Shown here: positions 12,918 to 26,372 of the stretch, one piece after another
Numbering within the stretch: position 1 is the stretch's first letter
Layout of the letters: every line of letters begins with the position of its first letter
DNA from: Amphiscolops sp. MND2022
Taxonomy: Eukaryota
Length of the DNA: 64,000 nucleotides
Assembly (NCBI GenBank): GCA_964187785.1
Contig: OZ076409.1
Coordinates: forward strand, 70,124,001-70,188,000
Reading direction: 5' to 3'
Program-made: the position numbers and the translations under genes
The notes under the pieces: model-generated
The model's database searches: none
What the model saw: only the letters and a program-made list of their open reading frames with translations
Told to the model about the DNA's origin: nothing

Positions 12918-15490
12918 ATGGATGATGTCAAGATTATATGTGGATTTTACAAGATTTCACAGATTTTACAGAATGTGGATATGACAGAAAATATTCAGAC
13001 AAAAATGATTTATGAGGTAAACAGGTAAGAATTACAAAGGTTGAGAGCCACTGGAAGGACACTGGCATTACTTGCAGATATTTAGCAATGGCATTAACAG
13101 TAATATTGTTTCAAAACACTATCATGCACTTGGACAGGAACAGTTATGCACTGCAAAACAAGGGAACGACGCTACTGGATCATTATTGGCTAATTTCATG
13201 TAATTATAACCAGAAACTGGAGACTTTTTTAACGATTAAAATTTCTCTATTTTCAGTTTTCATAACGCTGACAAAAATCTCCATAAACCGCTATAGTACG
13301 CTCATATCTAGTTTTCAACTTGAAAAAAAATAGGTAACGTTTTTGTTGCAGTTTCAAACAAGCGAAGAACAAGTCGATGAAGTTCCTGCAGAACCTGAGC
13401 AAGGGGCTCAAAGATGCGATGGGCTTCGAACACAGGTGGGAATGGGGTGACGAGGAGATGAAATGGTTCGACAAGTTTGAGCCCGAGCTGCAACTAATCA
13501 AAAACAAAATAGAAAAACGGGCCCACCCGTACTGGGCTAATCAAGCAGGGGTCAACCTCATTGGCAGGGCGGAGTTCGTCGAGTTGTGCCGAGGTCAGTC
13601 AATTATGATTGTTTTTTTGTGAATTTTGTGACAAACTACAACTGTACACTACAGTATTTCGATCCTTAAAAAATCAAAAAACTCACCATAAGAAAATATT
13701 ACCTGGCACTTCATTTGGATTTCATAAACTTCGTAAGTTTCTGAAACGACTTCCGACTTCGTAAGTTCCGACAAATAGAACGAAATCAGAAACTTAAATA
13801 CTTCATGCGAACAGAAGGTCAAAGTTCAAAGCCTAAGTTTGCTCACAAAAAAGTACTTCCATTTTCTAATCATACTTCTAACTCCACGATGCGACCAAAT
13901 ATTCAAATTTCAATTGTCTTTTGTTGTTTTAGACATCCTGGGTGATATTTTTGGCCTGACGGGTCGTGACATGGGTGAAATCAAGTTTGATGAGGTGTTT
14001 GAGACGCATTTGCGCAATCAGGACAAAGACTACGGGGACAACTTAGACGCGCTCTGTCTCATCAAATGTCTGGTGGCACCATTCAAGGAACCCTCCAATT
14101 TCTTCTATTGGTTCGCCCTCTGTGACTCCAACTGCAGTGGAGGACTGGATAATGTAGAATTTCAAAGACTTCTAGGTTGTTACTATTATACACGCTAAGG
14201 GTAAAAGTCTTGAACACGAAAAAAGCACATGACCATCCTTTATCATCTCTGCAAAAACATTCACTTGTCGAATTATTTTGAGTTTTGGCATTCGAATAGC
14301 AAACTGTTGAAATAATCACAGTAGTACTAGGGGTTTGAAGATTTTTGCATGATCTCAAGGTGTTTGTACTTTTTCACCTTTGGGAAAAACAATCGAGTCA
14401 AAACTTCTTTCTTGAAAATTATCGACCCACATTTCAATGTTGAAAAACTGAAACGTCAATACTGGCGGCTCATCTAAAAATTTTGGCTTTCTAAGAATGT
14501 TTCTTCTAGCAATAGAGTAATTGGTAGAGTAATTCGCCAATTTACTTCATATAAAATATTTAGATAAAGTTAAACTATTAAAACAAACCACCTTCTTGTG
14601 TGTTTAAAATTTCTACAATGTGCTTGCTTAGTATATATTTATTCTGACTTTTTCAAGATACTGCATATAACGCTGTAATCTTTTAAAAGCAGCGCCATGG
14701 CCGTGCACGTTTCTTATTTTATTGGTAAGAAAAGTTTTTATAGACAAAGCATTAGGCAATAAAATAAAATGAAACACGGCTGATGTCAATCTATCAAAAC
14801 CACCAGTTGTCTTCGAGCTAATTCCACAAAGCAACACTTTTTGCCAGCTCAAATAACTGTGTAAATGCTGCCAACATTTAAAGCGAAATCCGTCCTGCTT
14901 TTTACTATGCTGTAACAATTTTAATGGGCGGAAAAAACTTTACACTGTGAGGAAGTTTTGCATCGGGGTAGAAGTTGATTTTTCTACTTGATTGATCCCA
15001 TGAATCAAAATAGCATGTTCTCATTATTCTCCAATAAACATTTTTGAGCATTTCTTCCAAAGCTTTCAGGGTTTTCCGCTTATTTTCCCCAAGATTTGCC
15101 TGCTTTATGAAATCATACTTTGTTCTAGTTTGACTAGCGAACCTAGTAAAATCTTTCGGAATGCTGATTTTCAAATATTTACAAGAACTTTTTGGCAACG
15201 TGTCCATTTGAGATGGATTGGTTAGAAATAGCTATAGATTTATGGAAAAGCTGATTTATATTTCAGACCGGAAGTTTCCCAAATCCAACTTGACCGCAGC
15301 GCCAAAAGTTAAAGCCCTGGCTGAACAGTTTTTCCCTCGAGACCAAAACGACCAGAACGTACTTCTGGGTTGGTGGCAGAAGATCAAAGGTCAAAAGGAG
15401 GTAACGATAGAGGATTTCGTCAAGGCCTTTCCCCAAGACTTGCTTCAGGAGTGCACCTGCTACGATATCATAATCGAGGATGGTCTTTGA
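12918..15490 (+). CDS. EF-hand calcium-binding protein, calaxin (EFCAB1)/NCS-like; exons 12918-13024, 13352-13593, 13933-14175, 15267-15490 (~271 aa; ~227 aa if started at ATG 13377)
   Basis: All introns are GT-AG with matching phases (2,1,1). Canonical EF loop DSNCSGGLDNVE plus a degenerate DKDYGDNLD. The segment RDILGDIFGLT..DEVF..DKD..YWFALCD resembles the calaxin core from memory. Confidence 0.75.
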
Positions 15491-16529
15491 TACAATTATG
15501 ACGTATGAGGTGACGTCATATTTTGTTCATATTCACTCCTCCACAAACTCAGCTCGGAAGACAGCTTCGCAAAAAAATAATCACTTTCCGAGTTGAAAAC
15601 TATTTATGAGTTGACTTGAAATTTGGGCGACCGCAAAATTTTTCTCATTCAAACTTATTTGATGCCCATCTTATCAAATAAAGCAAAAATTTAATGAAAA
15701 GAATATTCCTCGAAAATAAATGTCCAAAACATTTTAAAGCGGAAGTACAGTAATTGAAAATCGTTCATTTTTTTACTTATAGGATTTTTTTCCACTCAGT
15801 GGTTCCAATGTCAACTCGGTGTTTGAAATAGATTTTTCGAATTGGTGTTTTTTTCTCATTCGTAAATGCTCTCGTATTGAATATTATCCCGAAACTCAAA
15901 AAAGAGTCATGCGTCATTTTAGTTAATGAGTTGAGAAACTCGATATATAGATCAAACTCGAACAGCCCAATATGTTTTCTCTTCGTTAAAAAACTACTAA
16001 ATTAAATTAAATCGAAATCCCTTGTAGATAGCTTCGTTGCCAGTTTTGATCGAAATCACAAAATTGGTGGTCGCCCAATTTGCGAGGCGTGATAGTGAAT
16101 TTCTTAAAAGGAAAGTTACATGTCTGAGGACTATATATACTTATGCCAAAACAGAAATTTTACAGAAAAGGTTACGAATATGATCAAAACTGGAAATGAT
16201 GGAAAAAATCCCAATTTGTGCTTCATTTTAATTGAAATTAGAGTCCCATGTAAATGTTATCCTCTATCCGTGTTCCAATCAATCTGTTTGTTGTTTGAAT
16301 GTTTAATTTTAAATTATTATTTCCATTTGAATATTTTCGCAGCAACTCTGATTAGTAAAAACTAATAGTTCATTAATTTCAAGACTTTTTAAACGGCTCA
16401 AGTCTCTTTCTGAAACACTAGTTGAAGCTTACGCTTGGAAAAATTCAAGATTTAGCGGAGGACAATGAAAAGACTTGGCTGACGAGAAAAAATAACGAGA
16501 TGTTTTGAAAGATCTTCTTTATAGAAATG

Positions 16530-16925
16530 CAACAAGAAGCGCAGTGAACGTGAAAGGTTTTCAGTCCCTTTGAGGAAAACGACAGTCCCAAGGTACCGAA
16601 TAAATGACATGAAAGAAGCTTTTAGGCTCTCTTCGACTTCAAGCAATTCCAAATTATCGAAATATTCAAAGAGAACCCCTTCGAAACGAAAAAAGAGAAA
16701 AAATCTAACAACGCTGAAAAATTATAAAAGGGAACCTTTTTTTCTATTCTAGTTCCGTAAAATGGCTGAGAAACTCAAGAAACCAAAGAGGGAATGTTTG
16801 AATGCGTTTTGCATTAGTTTCTCGACTAAATGCATTAAGAAACTGAACGAAAAAAATGGAGCTGAACAAGAAAGAGAAAAGAAACTAATCACTGTTTGTT
16901 TTTTTTTACAAGCGCCGACTAAAAC
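16530..16925 (-). repeat. Degenerate family A copy
   Basis: AAGGGAACCTTT-like internal repeats and terminal AAGCGCCGACTAAAA at 16910-16924. Confidence 0.4.
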
Positions 16926-17488
16926 AGGTCAAAAATGTTTGATCAATGGTAGTATGGTCAAGTGATCAAAGAAATGACTTGAGAGAAAAAGAGGAAATTG
17001 GTGGCTGAAGGATGTTCTTATCTCCACTGAAATGGAGACGAAAAATCGTCACAACTTGAAAAAAAAATAGGAATGGAATCACTAATTACTTTCAAGTTGA
17101 TAACCTGAAGTTAATGCCGCCTTTGAACGACATTGAAACCCGGCAGTTCGAAACTCTAGACTCATAATGTTAGAATCGAATCAGAGTACTTTTGTTGGAT
17201 CCTGCTTGTCAATCATCTTTAATTTTACCAGCATTTACCACAAACTCACTGCAATTGATTTTGCTTCTCACCAGAGAAAAAAGCGTATTATAATATATAC
17301 TATACTATACTATAGATATGAAAACTTGAAACGATCCAACTTGCTTTTTCGCAATTCTTATACCGAATGTCTAGTCTGCCTAGTATACGAAACTTAATCG
17401 GTACGAGAAAAATGCCCCTTAGTTGAAAATTGGGCTAGATACAAGCGAATAAACTGGTTTCTGTTGTGGTTATTCTACAGTTGATGCA

Positions 17489-17714
17489 AAACAAGACGCC
17501 CAATAAGCTCCGGGATATTTCCCACAACAAAAATTTCATTCTCCAGCCCGGGTTCAAACCCGCGACCTCCTGTCTTCCAAGCGGACGCACTACCAATTGG
17601 GCCACGGTGACTAAATGAAATTAAAAAAGTGGAAACTTGACAGGTTTTGAAAAAAACGCCACACAAATGGTGACTTTCCTCCCCCTACACAATCAAAAGT
17701 GGGGTGGAAAAAAA
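17489..17714 (-). mobile_element. Family F Helentron/DINE-1-like element containing a tRNA-like segment
   Basis: AACAAGAC terminus, GGGATATTTCC sub-TIR, and a distal TTTCCTCCCCC...GGGGTGGAAAA hairpin. Related to copies at 28972-29385 and 47841-48011. Confidence 0.55.
17541..17612 (-). other. tRNA-derived (SINE-head-like) sequence with Pol III A and B boxes
   Basis: Minus strand: TGGCCCAATTGG (A box) and GGTTTGAACCC (B box) at tRNA spacing. Acceptor and anticodon stems pair poorly, so it is not called as a functional tRNA. Confidence 0.55.
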
Positions 17715-20539
17715 GCAAGTGAACCGTTTTGGACTAAAATTCAAGGCTCTGTTCAAACGTCATGAAACAAAGGGATTAAACTTTTCAGAGGAAGCAGAAA
17801 ACCATGCCAAATCAGGGTTAAATATTCGACATCTCATTCAAACAGGCAGCTACGAAGTGGCACTGCGATAAGTTAAGTATACTGCTACAAGACATGATTA
17901 GGAAAAAAATGGTGGGCAGTTGAAAAAATTGAGTTTTCGGGAGAGAAAGTAGCGGAGAAAGAAGCGTTAACAGAACAAACACTGGAGCTTAATTACGTGA
18001 TATTTGAATGTTATAATTCCAGTATTCAAACCTAAACCTTTGCACGATTTATTTATATGAAAACAACAAGCTGCATCTATTTGAAATAACAGTACAGTAC
18101 AAACAAACTGACTGCTCAGCTCAGACGGCATAAAATATGACGAGGAAAAGGAGGAACGACGTCCCAAAAAAAGAAACGTGAGAAACATCAGCTAGATGAA
18201 TGAAACCCGGGTTCAGCCAATCAAAAACTTTCTAATCGAGTAGCGGCGCCAGCAAGCATGCTCTCAAGAAAGTGACGAGTAGACGTCTTGGAACGATGTC
18301 CCAAAATTTTGAAGTAGAAAACGCTCAAATTAATTTTTAATGGTCTGAAGGCCTTTTGAAATTGTTTAAGTAATGTTATTTTGTTCTATTTATGCAATAG
18401 AACAAAATACGCCGTATAGCCTGACTAGGATGCAGTCCCAGATAAATTAGCTAATTTTTCACTGTAAATAAGGAACAAAAGCTAAAACGTAACAGATCAA
18501 TTCCTAACTATGCTAGTATTCTCTTGTGTTATTTGACGTAAGTACTACTAAAAAGTGTTTGTATCAAAATTGTGTTTTGAGCTAATTTGTATATAATGTT
18601 GAAAAATTTCTCGTTATGCAACTGAGAGGGTCCCAGATTTTGTGTTATTGTTTAAAGAAACTTAGGTGCAAATCGAACTCTTGTGACCGTAATCTGATGC
18701 GTTTGATTGATAGACTAATTAAATGAAAGTACAGTGAGTTAAAATTCAATATGAACATTCGTTAAGGTCATTTTGTTGAGTCCGTTTCATAAAAGGTACG
18801 ATTTTTTTGCGTCAGCTAACTAGGTTGAATTACATCACTGTCGAGTTTCACTCTAGCGCCATTAATAAACGGATTCAAGAAGAACCATTGATATTCAAGT
18901 CGGAATCTGAGGCTTCCTTTTTTTCCTTTTCGAAGGTGTGGCCAAACTGAGAGCTTGAGTCTTTACAAAACGTCTTCATAGGATTTCCCTTTCTGACAAG
19001 ACACTGGGCCGAATAAGGTCTAAAGTACAGGTGAGGGTTTTTTTCATACCGATGCTGGGTTAGTTACTTTATAAGTTGTTTTAAGTTGTGCAAACTTCAG
19101 ATACAAGCAGCTAAAACAAACGTTAGGGGAAATCATCTATTACGAACTGAAATTTCGTCATAAACGTATTCAACGCTTACATAAACAATGCCTTAGAAGA
19201 TGCAGAAAAAAGGACATAAAGAGGGCACTCTCCGGAAAGCGTAAAATAGAATCCAGAAATCATTAAAAGAATAGAAAATGGTGTAAAAGTAAAAAAAAAT
19301 CATTGAGGTCAAACCAAATGAAACTTTAAAACTGGCTGAGAATCTGCATTCAGAAGTCGACAATCTCTCAAGTGTATTCGATGAGGAGGTTTTTGAGCGA
19401 TGAAGACGATCACCCCGATTGAAAAACCAGAAGGTTACAAAACGTTTCTAGTACTGCTCCTAAAGAAAGGATCCGGGTGTCCGACACTGGTAAGAACTTT
19501 CACCACTGCCAGATGACTCTGTGGTCAAAACACATTCAAAACGAGTCGAAATTTGTGAAAATCATTACTTAAGTCAATACGAGTCTTAGGCTGCCGACAA
19601 AACAAAACGAAATATGGGGGTTTCAAGCTGGAGAAAAGGGTTTTCCGAAAAGGAAACTTGATCACAATTGAAGTGGAGACACTTGATTGTTTCAAAAATG
19701 TCGCACAGTTCTGCAACATCCATGAAGAAATTGAATGTCGAAGAACCTGTTCGCTTAGTCGGCGCCTAGTTCAAAGTGTTTACATTTTTCAAAAAGTGAA
19801 TGGAGTACTGTTTTACAGAATTAAGTTTTTTCGACAGTCGCACAGTGCCTAAAAACCGTCTTTTCCACAAAGTTTGATAGTACTTTCATCAGTCTCTCAG
19901 GACCAAACAAATAAACAAAGAGATCAACCTGAAGAAAATTTGCGATAATTGCTAGACCAAAATGCTGGATTTCTTTCAAAAAAATGAAAAATTTTCAAAA
20001 GTGGACGCTTCAAGGTGCCTGACGAAAAAAACTTGCCACTGTAAGAGTCTCGCACGTTTAACCAGTAAAAAGGGCCAATTAAAAACAGGTTTCCCTGAGG
20101 AAACTAAAAAAACTAATAACGAAAATGAAGGAGAATTGTCTGCGTAAAATTAAAAATTTCGAAAAAAAGTAATAAATGTAAAAAAAAAAACGAGATATGA
20201 CCCTTTGATCAAATTGAGTTTTTTAAAACAATCTGAACGTTTTAAAAACATCAAGACATGAAGCAATTGGCACCATTTGTATTTCATATCTTAAGCTAAC
20301 TATAATCATAATTGTAGGAAAATGTTTTTTGGGAAGTCACACAGAGCCTAAAAACAAAGGCAAGCTTGTTATGTAACGGCAAGCTTTCACCTTGTTATGT
20401 AACGGCAAGCTCTCACCATTGCCGCGGCTCAGTTAATAGAGATGGAGAGGATTCCGCTTCGTAAGGAGTGCTCGCCGGCCTGATCCAGTCTGTAATTGAT
20501 ATCAGTAGCGTCAATTACATTTTTCTTTGAAACTATTCT

Positions 20540-22032
20540 CTTAGAAACTGATTCTCTTATCCGCAAAGATGTGAAAGTAATGACCCATTGGTTCGATGGT
20601 AACAAATTGACATTCAATGTCGATAAATGCGAAGCGATTCATTTTGGAAGGGGCATACCTAAAGAAATTCAGATCAAAGATAGCCATTTGCATTACAAAC
20701 CCTGTGGCATATATTTAGGTGATTATATTGATCCAAAGCTGACTTTCAGAGACCACATAGACCATGTTGTGAAAAAACTGAATAAATTCTGCGGTTTGTT
20801 TTACCACGTAAGGCATCTGTACCCAAAAAAATGTTTGGTAATGTTTTACAACGTGTATGCTAAATCGATCATAACATATGGCTAATTAATTTACGGAGCT
20901 GCGGCCAAAACTAATCTATCTAGAATTGAGAGTGCAAAGAAGAATTCTACGAGCTTTTTTTCAGAAAACGACAAGATTCCTTGCAAGAAATACTTGCTGT
21001 GAACAAAATCAATACTGTCTACGAGTTTTTTTTGAACGAAGTGGTTTCTGAAGTTTTCAAAGAAATGAGATCTGATCCTCCATTGAAATAACTAGACTTT
21101 GAAAAACAGCCCAAGTCCAACACGACAACAAGATGGAACTCAAAAGGAGTTTTCGCTCCAATTGTGTCTCGAACTGTAGTCAAGAAAAAATGCTTAGCAA
21201 ATTCATTAATGAAAGCTTATAATTGGTTAACTGAATTAAACCTAATACCCCCTAACTTGCTAAATTGGGGCCAAGAGCAATTGAAACAAGACGGGAACGT
21301 CTAAAGTCGGCGCTGTATCTAAGGCTCAAAAAGCGCAAAACATTTTTTTTGGAAAAAAAATTTGAAAGTTTTGAAAAATTTTTTCTTTCGAAAAATGTCG
21401 CACAGTGCCGAAAAAAATCAAAAGGGGGGACCCTTTAGCCTCGGTCGGTTTTGTAGCTTACGTTTAAAAAGTAAAAAACGAAAGGGGGGACCCTTTGGAG
21501 ACAAAAAAAATTTCGAAAAAAAAGTCGCACAGTACCGAAAAAAATCGAAAGGGGGGACCCTTTAGTCCCGTCCAAGTTTGTAGGTAACGTTTAAAAAGTG
21601 AAAAACGAAAGGGGGGACCCTTTGGAATGCGTTTGCGGGGTATTCGTTTAGTTTCCTTTAGTTGAAGATTTTGAACGTTAGTTTTAACGTTCGTCGTTTC
21701 GAGTCTGTCTTAAAAAAAGAAAAAAAACGAGTGACTGTAATAGTCGGGCTCTTTTATTAATAAAAGCGCCGACTAAAAACATCTAAAACTTGTTAACGAC
21801 CTATACATCACTGACAATAAAGAACTTTTTTGTCTCTATTTTTGTGCCTAAAACATTTAATCGAGCAAGATAGCATGCAAGTTGGTGCTTCTATTATATG
21901 CACAAAGGGCATTAACTCGAAGAGCAATTATGTTCATCTGGTGTCCTAACTGGATAATTTGAATGATAGATAATTATTTGTATTATTTTGTCTCATGCTA
22001 TCCAGTTAAATAAACTTCTTCTTCGTCTTCTA
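20540..22032 (+). mobile_element. 5'-truncated CR1/L2-type LINE (RT C-terminal part, 3' UTR, microsatellite tail)
   Basis: WFDGNKLTFNVDKC...YLG..ID.KLTF..HI..V...YG motifs follow the RT domain. Stops and frameshifts present; ORF ends near 21851; AATAAA at 22009 followed by a (CTT)n tail. Interrupted by a family A element. Confidence 0.75.
21285..21779 (-). mobile_element. Family A Helentron-like element inserted in the LINE
   Basis: CAAGACG-GGAA-CGTCT hairpin, GTCGGCGCT sub-TIR, distal AGTCGG..TTTT/AAAA..CCGACT hairpin. Sits in an A-run with no separable TSD; removing it rejoins the LINE frame (..EQLK/KHLKLVN..). Confidence 0.7.
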
Positions 22033-23155
22033 CTACCGCTTAGATAACCTTTTAAAAAGTGATGGTGGTGAAGGTTAATTTCTTTGTCGCAGGACATGAT
22101 GAAAAGTAGCTCACGAGCTAATTCAAGAAGATAACGATAGTCTTCGGCTCAATTGACATAGCATCGCAACAATTAGTGAGGAGTACTAGCACGTATGCTT
22201 GTTTATGCGAACTGACTCATTTTAGGGAGTTAAAATCATATGTAGCAACTTGATAAAGAAAGCGCCGCTTCGAACTAAGACGGTTTTGGTGTAATCAGCA
22301 GGTTTGCTGATTGAGTCTTTTCTGGAGTGTTCTTTGATTTCTTCTCGGTTGGCTCTCCGATTGTCTTCGTGTGGGGGTTTTAATGCGCTCTGATGCTCTT
22401 AGGCCTCCTTAATTTGCCTGACAGGTTCTAGGTAAAGACACGGAGGCGATCAGCGGCAGCTGATCGGAAACCGCTAAATATAGTCCTTTGAACGAATTTT
22501 TCAGACGTCCATAGGGTAATTGTTACATTACTTTGCAAGCAAGAACAAAATTACTTTAGCGCGGATGATTTGAATGAAAGTCTCCAAAAAACCTTCCCTC
22601 AAAGAGTTTGTTTTTGAAAATTTTCTGACTTTTTGATATGAAAAAATACCAAGGATTTTGCTGGTAAATTTTGAAGTCAAAACAAAAAATTCGAGACTAT
22701 GCGTTTATTGCTGCTGCTATTCAGTTAGTTCTGGTCAAATTTCATCAGTCATCAAAGCCATTTTTTTTTCGTTTTTTTCGTTGCATTTCCAGCAAATATG
22801 TCTTCTGAAATACTTTCAATTCACAATTTTTTTGTAGAGAAATAAAACGTAGAAAGAGCATTTCAGAAATTATTCCATGCAATCGAAAATGCTCGTACGT
22901 AAAACACAAATTTGCTTCAGCAGCTTCTCACTCCATAGTTGCCTTTTATGGCAAAATAAACAGTAATAGTTAATCTTTTTTCTTTTGTTCTGTCGTAATA
23001 AAATAGTGTGGGAGTCATTTTTTATCCCACACTATTACGAAAGGTAATTCCTTTTGGCGTTGCCCAAGCACAAAGTTGTCACATAATAAAAATTATTCGC
23101 CCCCACCTTTTTTTCCGATCACAGAACAAAAGAAAACGAAAAACGAAAAGTAAAT

Positions 23156-23321
23156 TTCATATCTGGGAATGCTGAAAATAGCTCGAAATTAATTCATAGG
23201 TTTTTCAAGCGACAAAGCAAACAGACTTTCCGCTCAAGGTCAATTTGCTTTGTTATTTGAAAAACTCTTCTATGAATTAATGAGATGTTTTCGAGCTATT
23301 TTCAGCATCCCCAGATATGAA
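23156..23321. repeat. ~165-bp hairpin (palindromic MITE-like)
   Basis: TTCATATCTGGGAATGCTGAAAATAGCTCGAAA is inverted at the right end, and the inner arms also pair. Confidence 0.7.
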
Positions 23322-25344
23322 GATACCAAGCATCTTCTCAGCGCAACCTCGGCAGAGCATGTTGAAATTTGCAATTGTGTACTTCTAGTTTTTACTGGGG
23401 ATGTTGAAAAGAGGAAAAATTGCGGTGAAGTATACTTCTGAAAGTACTAAAATTCAAGAAATTTTAATGTTACAATACCCACAAGCCAACAGTGCTTCCT
23501 GTCAAATGATGTCATAAAATCAAATTAAAACCTTCATGCCAACTGCTCATTTTCCACTCGCTGATTGGAAAAAACCTCATCGCGGAGCCGGTAGAAAAAA
23601 TGCATATCGCAAGAAACTAAGTTTATGGCAGTTGAATTCTACGGGTGAACCCCTTCAATTTGTGTCCGAAATTGGAACATTGATCAGGTCCGCCCCATAA
23701 ACGTACTCATAACTATTTTTTATGAATTGGTCTATCGCCCAAAATAGCAGGATAATGGATCTTTCGATTTCGAACATATGATGTTGGTTCTCAACAGTCC
23801 TGGTCTTAGTTCTGGGGTACAATTTTAGATGCCTGTGACGTGTTTTCAGGCTTTTGTCTTGATTTTTAAATGTCTGCATTGATGATTTGAGCTCAGTGTA
23901 ACCTTCCAAGGATTGGAATCTAAAACACTTGTTGACATCCAGCTTTTCAATTTTTAACACTGTTATTGAAAGCTTAGACGATGGTGATGACTCATTATTA
24001 GCATGTGATGACTAGGATGAAATTGAAGATATCAAATGAGGCAACTTTCATGATCAGAATTTTTTTTATAAGAGAAAGGGGTTAATCGCTCATAGAGGTT
24101 TAGTTTCATTAGTTTCAGTTCGTCAAAAAAAATTATCTCCGCCCGCCCGTAACGTCTAGCTCCCCCTGATTTGCCATTACTTGAAGTATTAATAAGTGTT
24201 ATCGACATTACATTTCAATATAACTTCCATCATTCTTCTATTTTTTCTTCTGTTTTTCACCTCGTGCCGGTTTTATCGCGCTGCTGAGACGTGTTTATCG
24301 CTTGTTTATATCTGAGGAAAATGAAAGATTTCGAGGTTCAGTGATTTTTCGCATCTCATAGACAAACAAGCTGGGAACGGCCAAAGTCCGACCGGATCGG
24401 CGCTATATCTAAGGCTCAAAAGGCGCAAAGTTTTTGAAATTGCAAAAAGGGGGCTGTAGGGGACGTGCTTTTTCGTCGAAAACGACGACTAAAAGGGGAA
24501 TTCATTCTCTGTCCAGGCCCGACATTTTACGGTTTTTCCTCCTAAATGTCATGACTCGAATGTATCATATACAAACGGAAACAACGTTTGTCTTCCGGAT
24601 ATAGCTAGCTCACTGTATAGTACTTTTTACTTCGCTTCGGGAATCACGGATTTTGGGAGTTCAATACTTCCAACAACAAAAATCGTTGTTCTGAAAAAAA
24701 ACTTAAAATCGTATATATCCTGTTTGAAACTGCGTGAACTTTTTACAAGTTTTTGTAGGTTGCCAAGCTTTCCCTGCACATTCAACTATGTAAACGATAT
24801 AGAGTGACAAGCCGGGAACGGCATAACTCGGCGGCTGAGGCTCAAAAATATCTGAGTCTCAAAAATAGCAAAAGGACATGAAAGTAAAAAAACTCAAAGT
24901 ATCAAACTCACAAAAAGAGTATCGAAGTCACGAAAAACACAAACGACCGAACTGTTTTACTAATCACTGGTTAGTTTTCAATAAACCTCTTGAGTTGGAA
25001 CTTTCGTAGATGACATATGAATTTGACGAATCTTCATTCTGATAAAAAAAGTATCTCGCTATTAAAGTATCTCCGACTTTTTCAAACTGCATTTTCTCTG
25101 GTGGAATTATAGTATCTGAAAGGGCGTCAAGCTTAGAACAGCAGAACTGCTTATTCTTCGTCCACCCCGCCGAATTGGGGAAGTTAACTTCCTGCTTCTA
25201 TTCAAAAAATCGCAGTGCCACTGCACGCGTGATTTGACTAGTACCAGAGACCTTGTAGCAATCTCAATCAAAGAAATTTTAAGCGCACTATTTACTGCAA
25301 AAAAAATCGAAAGAACGTTGCCTTGATCACATTAAAAATTTTCA

Positions 25345-25792
25345 ACAAGATGGGAACGTCTAAAGTTGGCGTTATATCTAAGGTTCAAAAAGCGTGTTTT
25401 TTTTTAGAAAACTCCTGTCTTCTAACCTCCGCCTCCTCCTTACTAAAACGAACTAAAATTCGGATATAGATCTTTACTCCGGTTATTACCAGGGGGAATT
25501 CAAAAAATCGAAGGTCTCCCCTAGGAGACAAATTAAAATTTTCAAAAAAAGTCTCACAGCGCCGAAAAAAATTGAAAGGGGGGCCCTTTAGTCTCGTCTG
25601 GTTTTCAATGTTACGTTTGAAAAGTGAAAAATGAAAGGGGACCTTTGCTATAACTTAGATTCGTTTCCGAGGTATTCGTTTACTTGAACAAACTGAACAA
25701 AAACTTCGTCGCATTCGAGACTGTCTTGAAGAAAAAACGAGTGACTGTAATAGTTGGGCTCTTTTATTGTAAAAGCGTCGACTAAAAAAAAA
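25345..25792 (-). mobile_element. Family A Helentron-like copy
   Basis: AACAAGATGGGAACGTCTAAAGTTGGCGTTATATCTAAGG start and AAAAGCGTCGACTAAAA end; very similar to the 21285 copy. Confidence 0.6.
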
Positions 25793-26372
25793 GAAGAGAA
25801 AGCTCACCAGTTTGGGCAGTGCTCTGAAGCCATAAGCTAAAGGGGCTTTGGTGGCATCGATGTTTGGTGGTAAGTATTGCGAGATTCTGGTCGCTGCCAT
25901 TTCTATCTTCAAGGTCGTGTAATAATTCCAACTTCGATCAGGAGAATCTGAATCAACAAAAAATCAACTGTAATAAAGAATCATCTATTCTATATTAACA
26001 CGTGGAGCATATTATGAACATCATAAAATCAAAATATATATATATATATATATATATTGAATATGAATAATTAATTTTTTGTACAGCGAACGGAGTTTCA
26101 TTTTGCATATCAAACTTTGTTATGGTTTTTCAAAAATTTAATGAAGCAATTTTTTGAAACAAAAGTTGAAGCAAAAATGCCCATAGATACTTTGAAATTT
26201 TTCGGATAGTTGCAATCTTTTCAAGTAGTTCTGAAAATAATTTTGAGCAATCATTCCACACTAAATTGTTCACTTTAGCTTTTAGGCAAATTTCGCTTGT
26301 GCATAAATTACTAATATTTTTTGTTTCAAATGCGGCAAAAAAACAGAAACTATATTGGCATTTGCAATGTAC

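Noticed and set aside
17541..17612. Functional tRNA-Pro(TGG) gene
   Set aside because: A and B boxes are present, but the acceptor and anticodon stems do not pair and it lies inside a repeat.
22035..22480. Possible Penelope-like N-terminal fragment on the minus strand (..NLHHHHFLK..)
   Set aside because: Only one short motif, with stops and no RT or GIY-YIG evidence.
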